A program made the translations under genes and the position numbers. The notes under the pieces are model-generated. The model saw only the letters and a list, made by a program, of their open reading frames with translations. It did not search any database and had not been told where the DNA came from. Positions 10,224 to 19,413 of a DNA stretch of 42,002 bases are shown here, piece after piece (position 1 is the stretch's first letter; every line of letters starts with the position of its first letter). This DNA comes from Gammaproteobacteria bacterium (GTDB taxonomy: Bacteria > Pseudomonadota > Gammaproteobacteria > QZLD01). The stretch lies in NCBI GenBank assembly GCA_004796385.1, contig QZLD01000142.1:1-42002 (forward strand). Direction: 5' to 3'.

Positions 10224-11684
10224 ATGGATAAGATAAAACCGATAGATTTGTGGATACGCAATATTGTTGACAGGGAACTTCCTGCAATGGGGTTCACTGT
10301 AAAAACCATTTGTGAACTTCTTGCTAAAAGAACTTCAACTGCAAATGATATCGCCAATACAATACTAAAAGACCCTGGGATGACCTCTACTCTTTTGAGA
10401 GTAGCAAATAGTGCTTATTACAATACAGGAGGATCTGAAATAACCACTGTAAGCAGAGCTGTGGTTCTTTTAGGATCGCAGGCAATAAGAAACTTAAGCC
10501 TTTCAGTATCCGTAATGGAAAATGTTATCAAAGGTGCAAAAAAAGACCGCCAGCTTCAGCTATTAGCCAAGTCAATGTTTGCCGCTACCCAAGCGAAATC
10601 ACTTGCAATTAAAAGAAATCATCCTCATCCTGAAGAGGTATTTATTGCTACTCTTCTTTATCATCTTGGGGAAATGACTTTCTGGTGTGTTGATTCAAGA
10701 GAGGCTCTTGCGCTGGATAAAGCGCTATCGAACCCCCGTATTCCTAGGGCAGTTGCAGAAAAAGAGATTCTCGGATTCAGATTCGCGCAATTAACCCATG
10801 CCCTGTCATATGAATGGAATCTTGGGGATGCTTTGCGCGAAGCTTTAATCTTCAGCGATGGCAGAAACGGTGAAGCAGATGCCAGAAATATTGTTCTGAG
10901 CCACCAGATAGAAAACGCCTCCAGAAACGGCATAGAATCGCCAATAATGAACTGGGTATGCAAACGCACTTCCGACTTCATCCAAAAACCTGTGGATGAG
11001 GTCAAAACCATTGTTACCACTACTGCTGAAACAGCACAAGAAACGGCCGATGAAATGGGGGTTGACCTGAAATGGCGTGTAAAACCTGAAAAAGATCTGA
11101 TTAAAGTCAGCAGAGAATATAATGATAGAGCTTCTTCAGTATCAAGAGATGTTCAGAATCAGATCAGCTCTGAAATTGACAAAATGATACCCAGCAAGCC
11201 TGATGTTCAGCTTATCCTAAGAATGATAATTGAGGGAATTCAACGCGGTGGGAACATGGATAGAACTTTATTGGCAATTCTTACACCGGACAGAAATAAA
11301 CTGATTGTAAAATATCAACTTGGTGATGAATCATCAGTTTTCTGCAAAAAATTTGATTTCCCTCTGGAAAATAACAGCATGAGACTTTTCCCGTTCATTA
11401 TGAGGCAGATTAAAAGACCTGTATGGATAAGTAAAAATAATGCGGGAGGCATTGATAAAATGATAACCACTGAAATTCGTAACCTTACAGAAGGAAACGA
11501 TTTCCTTGTTGCGCCTTTAATTATTGATGATAAAGATATCGGAATGATCTATTCCGACAGAGGAATAAGTAAATCTCAAATGGATAGGGAAGCTTTTGAA
11601 AATTTCTGTAGATTCGCACAGCAAGCAAATACCTGCTTACACAGGATTCATGAATCACCGCTAAAGCCTTATTTAACAAGCTAA
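10224..11684 (+). CDS. HDOD domain protein with C-terminal GAF-like domain
   Basis: ELPAM, ILKDPGMTSTLLRVANSAYYN, ITTVSRAVVLLG, EEVFIATLLYHLG; C-terminal FLVAPL...IGMIYSDR GAF-like pattern. Confidence 0.85.
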   Translation: MDKIKPIDLWIRNIVDRELPAMGFTVKTICELLAKRTSTANDIANTILKDPGMTSTLLRVANSAYYNTGGSEITTVSRAVVLLGSQAIRNLSLSVSVMENVIKGAKKDRQLQLLAKSMFAATQAKSLAIKRNHPHPEEVFIATLLYHLGEMTFWCVDSREALALDKALSNPRIPRAVAEKEILGFRFAQLTHALSYEWNLGDALREALIFSDGRNGEADARNIVLSHQIENASRNGIESPIMNWVCKRTSDFIQKPVDEVKTIVTTTAETAQETADEMGVDLKWRVKPEKDLIKVSREYNDRASSVSRDVQNQISSEIDKMIPSKPDVQLILRMIIEGIQRGGNMDRTLLAILTPDRNKLIVKYQLGDESSVFCKKFDFPLENNSMRLFPFIMRQIKRPVWISKNNAGGIDKMITTEIRNLTEGNDFLVAPLIIDDKDIGMIYSDRGISKSQMDREAFENFCRFAQQANTCLHRIHESPLKPYLTS

Positions 11685-11688
11685 AAGA

Positions 11689-12117
11689 TCAAAGGTTAGC
11701 TGCTATCTCAATCTCGCAGTCCTTGACCCACTTAACGGATTCGTCACTTAAAATGAATGGCATTTCACCTCCATCAAGCATCAACCCATCAACTTTTTCA
11801 CACAAAACTCCAGCAGCAATTACTGAAGTAATATATTGGCAATAATCATTATAAGTAATCAGCACTATTGCGTTTTTGCGGTCACCTACAATTTTAAGGT
11901 CTGAAGCGTCTAATTCTGAAATATCAATCTCGTCAAAATAGCACTCAAAACCACCTTTTTTGCCCTTATAACTGCATTTTACAAAACCATCTACAGTTAG
12001 TGGATCAAAGTCGATTTCAAGCTCAGCATCAAATCCGCTCGCTTTAATCGCCTTTGCCCACTCTTGCGCTGTTATCATTTTCTCCTTATTAAGGAGAACT
12101 ACATTTTCAACCGACAT
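11689..12117 (-). CDS. Hypothetical acidic protein
   Basis: 142 aa ORF starting 8 nt after the ratB stop and filling the gap; no family recognised. Confidence 0.7.
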   Translation of the reverse strand: MSVENVVLLNKEKMITAQEWAKAIKASGFDAELEIDFDPLTVDGFVKCSYKGKKGGFECYFDEIDISELDASDLKIVGDRKNAIVLITYNDYCQYITSVIAAGVLCEKVDGLMLDGGEMPFILSDESVKWVKDCEIEIAANL

Positions 12118-12125
12118 TCAATTCC

Positions 12126-12452
12126 CTATGATTCTGCAGCTGACGCAGCTTCAGCCTTTGCCTTATCTCTCTCGGCCTTCTCTTTTCTGGCTGTTTTCGG
12201 ATCAACCTGAAGAGGCCTTAATATCTCAATTCTATCCCACTCATTAAGAACAGTATCCGCTTTTGCCTTTTTTCCAAAAATAGAAACAGCATGTTTATTA
12301 AGATCTACTTCCGGGTAACGTTTGTAAACACCGGACATTTCGACCGCATCCTCAAGCTTTGTTCCTTCAGGAACTGCAACCTCAAGTATTGCTTGCTGAT
12401 CAACCGATCTGGCGTATGCAACCTCTACCTTTATCTTTTTTACTTCAGTCAT
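12126..12452 (-). CDS. ratB: RnfH/RatB (PasI) ubiquitin-like protein
   Basis: IKVEVAYA, SIFGK, DRIEILRPLQVDPK.AR; overlaps the end of ratA. Confidence 0.9.
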   Translation of the reverse strand: MTEVKKIKVEVAYARSVDQQAILEVAVPEGTKLEDAVEMSGVYKRYPEVDLNKHAVSIFGKKAKADTVLNEWDRIEILRPLQVDPKTARKEKAERDKAKAEAASAAES

Positions 12453-12873
12453 ATATTTCTCCAGCTCTTTTTACAAATGCCTTCACCATAGTATTGGCAG
12501 CATGATTAAAAACCATTCCGAAAACCCGTTTAATTAAACCGCTTGAATATTCATATTCAAGTCTTAGGCTTACTTTGCAGGCGTGATCATCAAGAGCAAA
12601 AAAGCGCCACTCTCCGGTAAGGGAGGAAAAAGGGCCTTCAACAAGTTTAAGCCTTATATAATGCCCTTTTTTTCGATTATTTACTGTTGAAAAAGACTCA
12701 TTAATCCCACCTTTCTGAATTCCGATTCTGGCAAACATATCATTACCATCAATATTCAGAACCTCGCTGGCTTTACACCAAGGCAGAAATAACTTATATG
12801 ATTCAACATCATCCACCATCTCAAACATCTGTTCTGCTGAATATGGAACTAATTGACTCTTTTCTACAATCAT
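12445..12873 (-). CDS. ratA: RatA/PasT (Coq10-like START domain protein)
   Basis: VPYSAEQMFEMVDDVESY..FLPWC, LVEGPFSSLTGEWRF, MVKAFVKRA..IY. Confidence 0.93.
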   Translation of the reverse strand: MIVEKSQLVPYSAEQMFEMVDDVESYKLFLPWCKASEVLNIDGNDMFARIGIQKGGINESFSTVNNRKKGHYIRLKLVEGPFSSLTGEWRFFALDDHACKVSLRLEYEYSSGLIKRVFGMVFNHAANTMVKAFVKRAGEIYD

Positions 12874-12901
12874 CCAAGACTGCCCGCTAAAAAACCGAGT
12901 G

Positions 12902-12930
12902 ATTATACCTTACGATAGTATTGTAACCAA
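12902..12930 (-). promoter_or_regulatory. Candidate sigma70 promoter for ratA-ratB
   Basis: Minus strand reads TTGGTT-N17-TATAAT, about 30 nt upstream of the ratA start. The -35 match is weak. Confidence 0.4.
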
Positions 12931-13000
12931 GTAGCAACCATAGGCGATAACCTGAAAATAAAAATTCTTACGATGGAAATTAAAAATCTGCCTGGGGCAT

Positions 13001-13603
13001 TTATGGCTTTTTCTTATGCTCTCTGATTTTATCCAGCTCTTTCTCAAGACAATCCGGACAAAGACCATGAGAAAACCCCATCCCCCACTCTTTATTAAAA
13101 TATTGTTCCAGTTTCTGCAAAGCCTGGTCTCCATTACGAATCACTTTACATCTGGAACAGATTGGAATCAGCTTATTTATCTCCGCAATCTCTTCAAAGT
13201 CCTCCATTATTAATATTACAAAATCGTCTCCATTGTATTTAAAAGGCGCTGTTGTAATTAATAAAAACACTTCGGTTATCTCGCCATTTTTTAATAGATC
13301 CATTCTGGTTCTTTTTCTATTAATCGTATTTCCTGAAAGTGTAGCCTTTACAGAGTTTCTGATATCGCAATATTTACACTGCTCTGATGTTCCACAACCT
13401 CCGCTTGAGTTATGATGATGGTAACAATCAAAAGCATCACCACCCCGCTTACCCTCAATAGTTTCAAACCAATAATGAGTAACTGATAACCCCGAACGAT
13501 TACCAAAGAGAATTTCTGCATTTTCATCTATAACAAAGACCATTGCAGGCATCGAGTTAAATACTGCCCCAAGCAGATCTGCCGTATAGATATTATCTTT
13601 CAT
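13001..13603 (-). CDS. PAS-like domain protein with two Cys-rich motifs
   Basis: VFNSMPAMVFVIDENAEILFGN (PAS N-cap); C..H....GGCG....CxxC insert; C-terminal IPICSRCK...FSHGLCPDC. Start at MKDNIY (13603) avoids overlap with the upstream gene. Confidence 0.75.
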   Translation of the reverse strand: MKDNIYTADLLGAVFNSMPAMVFVIDENAEILFGNRSGLSVTHYWFETIEGKRGGDAFDCYHHHNSSGGCGTSEQCKYCDIRNSVKATLSGNTINRKRTRMDLLKNGEITEVFLLITTAPFKYNGDDFVILIMEDFEEIAEINKLIPICSRCKVIRNGDQALQKLEQYFNKEWGMGFSHGLCPDCLEKELDKIREHKKKP

Positions 13604-13608
13604 ATTAT

Positions 13609-14229
13609 TTATTCTGTTTTTTTGCTTAAATACCTTCTGGTATTTGTTAATACTTTGGGAATGCTCTCTTCTGTAAAATAATCTACTATCCACCCCAGCC
13701 CAAAAGGAATCTCCCCCGGGTCGGTAAAAACATAATAGGTAACGATAATTCCATCATTAACTCTTTTGTCTTTTTCAAACTTCCAATAACCTATTGTGTT
13801 ATCTATAGATTGTAGTTTCGGCACCTCCGGCCAATCAATCATCTTCCAGCTTATCTGTGCGTCGCTATCTTTTTTATTAAGCTTAAACAAAAGACGATAT
13901 TTTTTAACCTTCCCCAGAGGAAGCCCTATAGTGTTATCTGTTGTTATTACGCCATCTTCTCTTTTGTTTACTATTATACTTTTCAGATCAGGCATAAATT
14001 CCGGGTGGGTTTTGAAATCGGTAAGGATATTAAAAATAGTGTCTATATCGGTTTTAAAAATTGCTATCGCTATATATGTACGGCTATTTTGTCCACCGCT
14101 ATATTCATTAGCCTGCTGTTTTATTATTATTTCGCCTTGCTTAAGTTTTTTTATTTCTGAATCAGTCACAACACTTGCGTAACTTATAACATTAAAAAAT
14201 ATAAGCATTAAGAAAATATTAATCCGCAT
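13609..14229 (-). CDS. Exported SRPBCC/START-like (polyketide cyclase-like) protein
   Basis: Signal peptide MRINIFLMLIFFNVISYA; IFNILTDF..HPEFMP, GYWKF, DPG.IP..IV pattern of START/SRPBCC folds. Confidence 0.7.
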   Translation of the reverse strand: MRINIFLMLIFFNVISYASVVTDSEIKKLKQGEIIIKQQANEYSGGQNSRTYIAIAIFKTDIDTIFNILTDFKTHPEFMPDLKSIIVNKREDGVITTDNTIGLPLGKVKKYRLLFKLNKKDSDAQISWKMIDWPEVPKLQSIDNTIGYWKFEKDKRVNDGIIVTYYVFTDPGEIPFGLGWIVDYFTEESIPKVLTNTRRYLSKKTE

Positions 14230-14239
14230 ATTAAACGCT

Positions 14240-14980
14240 CTATATCTGCTCTACAACATGCTCGAGCAATACTTTAACATTCTGCATTCCCTCATCAAGA
14301 TTACGGTTTATCTCTTCCATGGTTATCTCTTCCTGGGTGATTCCTGCAGCCCAATTTGCCATTACCACACAGGCTGCATATGACATATCTAATTCTCTTG
14401 CAAGAGATGCTTCAGGCATTCCTGTCATCCCGACAATATCACAACCATCCTGCTGCATTCTTTTTATTTCTGCCATTGTTTCAAGACGAGGGCCTTGGGT
14501 TGCACCATAAGTTCCACCGCCTCCATACTCAATATTTGCGCCCTCGGCTGCTTTTATCAAAAGTTTTCTCAAACCAGATGAATAGGGATAGGTAAAATCG
14601 ATATGGGTTACATGATCAAGGTCAGATTCAAAAAATGTCTGCTTGCGCGAATGGGTGTAATCAATTATCTGATCCGGAAAAGCTATCATTCCGGGCTTAT
14701 ATTCAGGTTTCATTGTTCCTACTGCCGCGATAGCAAGTATTCTTTTTGCTCCAATATTGTTTAATGCCCAAATATTTGCCCGATAATTTACCATATGCGG
14801 CGGTATGGTATGCCCTACCCCATGCCTTGCTAAAAACGCTATTTTTTTACCACAAAGCTCTCCATGCACAATCGGTGCAGAAACTTCTCCATATGGGGTA
14901 TGTACCACCTCTCTACGAACTATATTCAGGGTTTCCAAGGTGGTTAATCCTGTTCCGCCTATTATTGCAAGATCTGTCAT
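14240..14980 (-). CDS. mtaP: S-methyl-5'-thioinosine/thioadenosine phosphorylase (MTAP family)
   Basis: LAIIGGTG, TPYG, FLARHG.GH.IPPH.VNYRANI, QGPRLET.AE, VGMTGMPEA.LAREL, ANWAAG. The NWAAG variant suggests the MTI phosphorylase type. Confidence 0.9.
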   Translation of the reverse strand: MTDLAIIGGTGLTTLETLNIVRREVVHTPYGEVSAPIVHGELCGKKIAFLARHGVGHTIPPHMVNYRANIWALNNIGAKRILAIAAVGTMKPEYKPGMIAFPDQIIDYTHSRKQTFFESDLDHVTHIDFTYPYSSGLRKLLIKAAEGANIEYGGGGTYGATQGPRLETMAEIKRMQQDGCDIVGMTGMPEASLARELDMSYAACVVMANWAAGITQEEITMEEINRNLDEGMQNVKVLLEHVVEQI

Positions 14981-15005
14981 TATGCTTCCTTTCTTTATAT
15001 CTTTT

Positions 15006-16085
15006 CTATCCAAGATTTTTAGCCAGCAACGGGCCTATTTTCCTGCTCAATGATAATGGCATTTTTTTCCAGCCATTTACAAAAAGACGGTATTTGGGAT
15101 TAAGTGGATTTATCTCCGGCATTTGATTCGCTTTTACCAGATAATACTGATAAGGCAATGGCTGAGGTTCAAAACCCCAGTTTTTCTTAAAACTATATGC
15201 TCCGGTACCGATTTTGCTTCTTCCGTAATCAAATATTGTATAGCCTTTATCTGCCGCACGACGCATGACTTCCCAATACATAAAGTCATTTCCTTTATAA
15301 GCTCTGGCTGCATCTGTACCGCCCCCATAGTATGGTATAACTTCATTTTTAAAGTAGAAATTCATTACGCTGGCTATTACTTCTTTATCTTTAAGGATAG
15401 TAACTATATCGCAGTCATTAGCAAATTCATCTTTAATTGCCTGAAAATATTTCTTTGGAAAAACAGGCGTTCCCAGCCTCCAGACACTAAATGAGTAGGC
15501 GTGAAAAAATCTGTCGATATCTGTATCTATCTCACTTATCAACTCCGCCTTTATACCTTTACGAACTACGGCCCTCTGTTTTCGGGGAATTGCTTTTAGG
15601 TTCTCTTCATGATCCAAGCTTATCTCTTTGCGAAAAGTCACATATAGTTCTTTTGTTGGCCAATCCGGATAGCAAATTTCTCTTTCACGCAATTCAAGAG
15701 CATCAACTTTAAGATCTTCCGCTATCTGACATGCTCTTTTTTCAAGCATTGTTTTTATTTCCCGAGTATCTGCAATTGCTCCACCATAAACAGCAAAAGG
15801 CAAACTGATAAGGCTATTACCAAAAAGTTTGCTTTTTATATGGCCAAGAGGCATAACTCCTTTAATATCTCCAGCATTTGTTTTTGCAAGCAAATAATAG
15901 GATTTATGATTTAGTGTTTTTTCCAGTATTTTCCGCCAACCTATTCTGTGAAAAAAAGTCGAATCATCCCTTGAGAAGATGTAATCATCCCATCTCTGCT
16001 CATCACCATTAGAAAACAATTCTATTGTGATCGCCTCATGACCCGCAGTGTTTTGGTCTGCTTTAGTAGCAGCTCCGTTTTCCAT
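15006..16085 (-). CDS. FemAB-related protein, XrtA/PEP-CTERM system-associated
   Basis: LFGN.LISLPFAVYGG, IPRKQRAVVRKG, LGTPVFP, PYYGGG, FDYGRSK.GTG.YSFKKNWGFEP, NPLNPKY. Confidence 0.92.
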   Translation of the reverse strand: MENGAATKADQNTAGHEAITIELFSNGDEQRWDDYIFSRDDSTFFHRIGWRKILEKTLNHKSYYLLAKTNAGDIKGVMPLGHIKSKLFGNSLISLPFAVYGGAIADTREIKTMLEKRACQIAEDLKVDALELREREICYPDWPTKELYVTFRKEISLDHEENLKAIPRKQRAVVRKGIKAELISEIDTDIDRFFHAYSFSVWRLGTPVFPKKYFQAIKDEFANDCDIVTILKDKEVIASVMNFYFKNEVIPYYGGGTDAARAYKGNDFMYWEVMRRAADKGYTIFDYGRSKIGTGAYSFKKNWGFEPQPLPYQYYLVKANQMPEINPLNPKYRLFVNGWKKMPLSLSRKIGPLLAKNLG

Positions 16086-16106
16086 AAATTCTCCATTGAC
16101 TTGCGA

Positions 16107-16994
16107 TTATGTTCTTTCTAAATAAATACTATCTACCCGACCCCATACAAAATCATCCAACAATATCTTTAACCGATTTTCCATTTTTTTTAGATTCGTG
16201 TAGTGACGCACTTTGGTTTTTAGCGATATGTTATGTTGCTGTGGTTGCTCAGGATCTATCTCCCACGGATGAAAATAAAAAATCGCGGGCTCTTTATCTT
16301 TTCTATTTACTCTTCCAATTGCATATTTTGACCAAAAGTATGGCAGCAACCTAAAGTATCCTCCACCTCCGCAAGGAAAATTTTTACCTAATAATCTGGT
16401 TGTAGTGACGGGAATCTCAATAAATGCTGTTTTTTTTCCATTTTTTTTATTTGGTCTAAATGCAAAACGAGGAGAATCCGGCATTCCATACAGATCATGT
16501 TTTATTGGATAGATGCTGGAACTGTATCTGTATCCTGCCTCTTCAAGAAGTTCCAACACCCAGAGGTTAGTTGCTCCAATAGAGTAACTGGGCGCTCTGT
16601 AACCAATAACTTCAACACCGGAAATATCTTCAAGAATTTTTTTTGTGGTGGTTATATCGCTATAGAAGCTGCTCTTATCAAAATTCGTTACCCGTACATG
16701 ATCATAACCATGACTTGCCAGCTCATGCCCTGAATCGACGACCTTCCTTATAAGTTTAGGGTATCTTTCGGCAACCCAACCAAGTACAAAGAAGGTTGCT
16801 TTAATATTTTTTTCTGCAAATATTTCCAGAACTCTATTGGTATTATTCTCTACCCTGCAGGGAATATCCTGCCACTGCGCTCTTTTTATATATTTTTCAA
16901 AGGCTGATACCTGAAAGTAATCTTCGACATCTACCGTCATAGCGTTTAACAAGGGCTTCTTCTGCTCCGCCGGATTTTTTGCCGGATGCTCCAT
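16107..16994 (-). CDS. Polysaccharide deacetylase, XrtA/PEP-CTERM system-associated
   Basis: NAMTVDVEDYFQVSAF, ATFFVLGWVAE, GHELASHGY.H, GYRAPSYSI, GGGYFRL.PY, FYFHPWEIDP.QP. Start is probably 16994, just after the wecB stop. Confidence 0.92.
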   Translation of the reverse strand: MEHPAKNPAEQKKPLLNAMTVDVEDYFQVSAFEKYIKRAQWQDIPCRVENNTNRVLEIFAEKNIKATFFVLGWVAERYPKLIRKVVDSGHELASHGYDHVRVTNFDKSSFYSDITTTKKILEDISGVEVIGYRAPSYSIGATNLWVLELLEEAGYRYSSSIYPIKHDLYGMPDSPRFAFRPNKKNGKKTAFIEIPVTTTRLLGKNFPCGGGGYFRLLPYFWSKYAIGRVNRKDKEPAIFYFHPWEIDPEQPQQHNISLKTKVRHYTNLKKMENRLKILLDDFVWGRVDSIYLERT

Positions 16995-16996
16995 AT

Positions 16997-18136
16997 CTAC
17001 CTTCTTTGAAACCATTCTTCTATATGAGCAACAATTCTTTCTGCTGCTTTGCCATCCCAAAATTCGGGAATATTGCCAGCCCTTCCGCCTGTTTCCATAA
17101 CATCATTAAATGTATGGATGATTTTCCTCTTATCAGAGCCAACTATAGTGTTGGTGCCTTCCGTTACTGTTATCGGTCTTTCTGTAGAATCACGCAGGGT
17201 TATACACGGAATACCCAGCGAGGTTGTCTCTTCCTGTATACCTCCTGAATCGGTAAGCACAACCTTTGCCCCTTTCATTAGCCCCAACATCTGAAGATAT
17301 CCTGCCGGTGGTAATTTTAATATTCCCGGCTGCTCAAAGAAATCAGATAGCCCATAAGATCCAATTCTTGCTGCTGTACGCGGATGCACAGGGAAAACCA
17401 GAGGCAATTCTTTGCTGATTTGTGTAAGTGTTTCCAATAATGATTCAAGTACCTCTTTCGAGTCTACATTGGATGGACGATGCAGAGTCATAACTCCATA
17501 GCTACCATCTTCACCGCTGAAAAGCCTGCCTCCTCCATTATCTCTGAATATCTCTTTTGCTGAAACAGCATTAGGCAGGTTCATTTTCAGGGTATCTATC
17601 ATAACATTGCCTGCAAAATAAATTTTCTCTTCTGCTATACCCTCTTTAGCAAGATTTTCCTTTGCCTCTTTTTCTGTTAAATAGAGTAGGTCGGATATCT
17701 GATCGGTCAGTATTCTGTTTATCTCTTCCGGCATGTTTCTGTCGCCACTACGAAGACCCGCTTCCACATGAATCAGCGGAATATTCTTTTTAACCGCAAC
17801 CAAACCACAGGCTATTGTGGAATTAACATCTCCTACCACCAATACTGCATCAGGAGTTTTCTGATCCAGTATTGGTTCAAATCTCTTCATTATTTCTGCC
17901 GTTTGCACTGCGTGGCTACCGGAACCAACTTCAAGATCAACATCAGGCTCCGGAATTCCAAGTTGATCAAAAAATGATTTTTTCATGGCCTCGTCATAAT
18001 GCTGACCCGTATGAACTAAGGTTGCATTTATAATCTGACTTTTTTTTATTGCGGCCATAAGCGGAGCTATTTTCATAAAGTTAGGTCTTGCCCCTACAAC
18101 ACAGATTATCTCTTTTGTATTATTTTCCTGACTCAT
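16997..18136 (-). CDS. wecB: UDP-N-acetylglucosamine 2-epimerase (non-hydrolysing)
   Basis: VVGARPNFMK, VHTGQHYD, VGDVNST, HVEAGLRS.D..MPEE.NR, TDSGGIQEE, TERP. Confidence 0.95.
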   Translation of the reverse strand: MSQENNTKEIICVVGARPNFMKIAPLMAAIKKSQIINATLVHTGQHYDEAMKKSFFDQLGIPEPDVDLEVGSGSHAVQTAEIMKRFEPILDQKTPDAVLVVGDVNSTIACGLVAVKKNIPLIHVEAGLRSGDRNMPEEINRILTDQISDLLYLTEKEAKENLAKEGIAEEKIYFAGNVMIDTLKMNLPNAVSAKEIFRDNGGGRLFSGEDGSYGVMTLHRPSNVDSKEVLESLLETLTQISKELPLVFPVHPRTAARIGSYGLSDFFEQPGILKLPPAGYLQMLGLMKGAKVVLTDSGGIQEETTSLGIPCITLRDSTERPITVTEGTNTIVGSDKRKIIHTFNDVMETGGRAGNIPEFWDGKAAERIVAHIEEWFQRR

Positions 18137-18230
18137 TATTTTTCCTTCTGCTCTCTTTTAGTAAATTTTAAAGAGCTGAGTTTATCCTCTTTTTATTACG
18201 TTATTTTTTCTTTTATTAATTGAATTTCGT

Positions 18231-19376
18231 TTACTTTGGTTTAAACGTCTTTAGCTGAAAAGTATCAAATTCCGATTCCATGCCTCCACCAAGACGTCCA
18301 ACGAGCATTCCATGAAGATATTCTATCTTCCTTTCAAGACCGGTAACTCTCTCTTCAAGTGAATCTATTTTTGCTTTAGCCTCTACAAGTTCTTCCGATT
18401 TTTTCTTAAGCTCTTCAGTAACATGAATTTCGTGACTTTTTGATGGTACAGTTCCTGCCTTTTCCATATGCTCATCAACTGAATTCATATCATATTTAAT
18501 TGATGAATTTGCAGGTCTTACTTGCTGTCCCAATGATGAGAAAGATTCTATTCCGGTTATTGCTTTCATTTCATTTTTTAGCTCATCAACAACTGTCTGC
18601 ACTACTTCTTTATCGAAAACATCCAACTGATGCAAAGCACCTAAAAGAAGCAATCTGTCACAAAGGCGATTTACGCGCCTTGGAACACCGTGGGTTTCCA
18701 TATAGATAAGCTCAAATGCTTCTGATGTGAATTTTGGGTTACTACGCCAGCCACATTTTATAAGGCGATACATTATGTAATCCTCTGTCTCCTTTTCCGT
18801 AAGCGGTTCAAGGTGACATGAGGCAATAATACGCTGCCTAAACTGCTCCATTGAGTCATGTGCCAAAAGATGCCTTAACTCAACTTGTCCCAACATAAAG
18901 CATTGCATAATCGGCTTACTGTTATGGTTAATATTGGATAACATTCTTAGCTCTTCGATACCCGGAAGAGATAGGTTTTGCGCTTCATCAATAACAAGCA
19001 GCACTCTTTTGCCTTCATTTGCCTTCTGCTTTAGAAATGTTTCTATAGCATGCAAAACCTGCGTTTTTGATAATCCCTCTGTTGAAATACCAAAAGAGGC
19101 GGCAACTAAGAACGGCATTTCATTACCATCAATCTGGGTGGTTACTATTCTGGAAGCAACCACAGGACCAAATTCGAGTACGGAGAAAAGTCTTTCAACA
19201 AGAGTGGTCTTACCTGTCCCAATCTCTCCTGTTATTACGATAAATCCTTCCGCCTGTTTAAGGCCATATTGAAGATAGGCAAACCCCTGATTGTGAACCT
19301 TGCTCCCGAAAAACAAGCTGGCACTCGGCGTAAGCTGAAAAGGATTACCTTTTAATTTGTAAAATTCTTCATACAT
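18231..19376 (-). CDS. ExeA-like AAA ATPase, XrtA/PEP-CTERM system-associated
   Basis: MYEEFY.L...PFQLTP, Walker A GEIGTGKT, Walker B LVIDEAQNL, EELRMLSN, GVPRRVNRLCDR; coiled-coil-like C-terminal tail. Confidence 0.9.
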   Translation of the reverse strand: MYEEFYKLKGNPFQLTPSASLFFGSKVHNQGFAYLQYGLKQAEGFIVITGEIGTGKTTLVERLFSVLEFGPVVASRIVTTQIDGNEMPFLVAASFGISTEGLSKTQVLHAIETFLKQKANEGKRVLLVIDEAQNLSLPGIEELRMLSNINHNSKPIMQCFMLGQVELRHLLAHDSMEQFRQRIIASCHLEPLTEKETEDYIMYRLIKCGWRSNPKFTSEAFELIYMETHGVPRRVNRLCDRLLLLGALHQLDVFDKEVVQTVVDELKNEMKAITGIESFSSLGQQVRPANSSIKYDMNSVDEHMEKAGTVPSKSHEIHVTEELKKKSEELVEAKAKIDSLEERVTGLERKIEYLHGMLVGRLGGGMESEFDTFQLKTFKPK

Positions 19377-19413
19377 AGCTACACCACTCACAATAGGATA
19401 AAGATGAAATATT

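Noticed and set aside
12126-12873. ratA-ratB as a toxin-antitoxin or defence module
   Set aside because: RatA/PasT is a Coq10-like respiratory protein in a conserved core pair, and nothing here indicates a defence role.
12874-13000. tmRNA, smpB remnant or tRNA near ratA
   Set aside because: The gap is only about 125 nt and has no tRNA-like T-loop or acceptor motifs.
16428-16452. Poly-T tracts as a phase-variation site
   Set aside because: They encode KKNGKK in an intact frame, and such runs are common in this AT-rich DNA.
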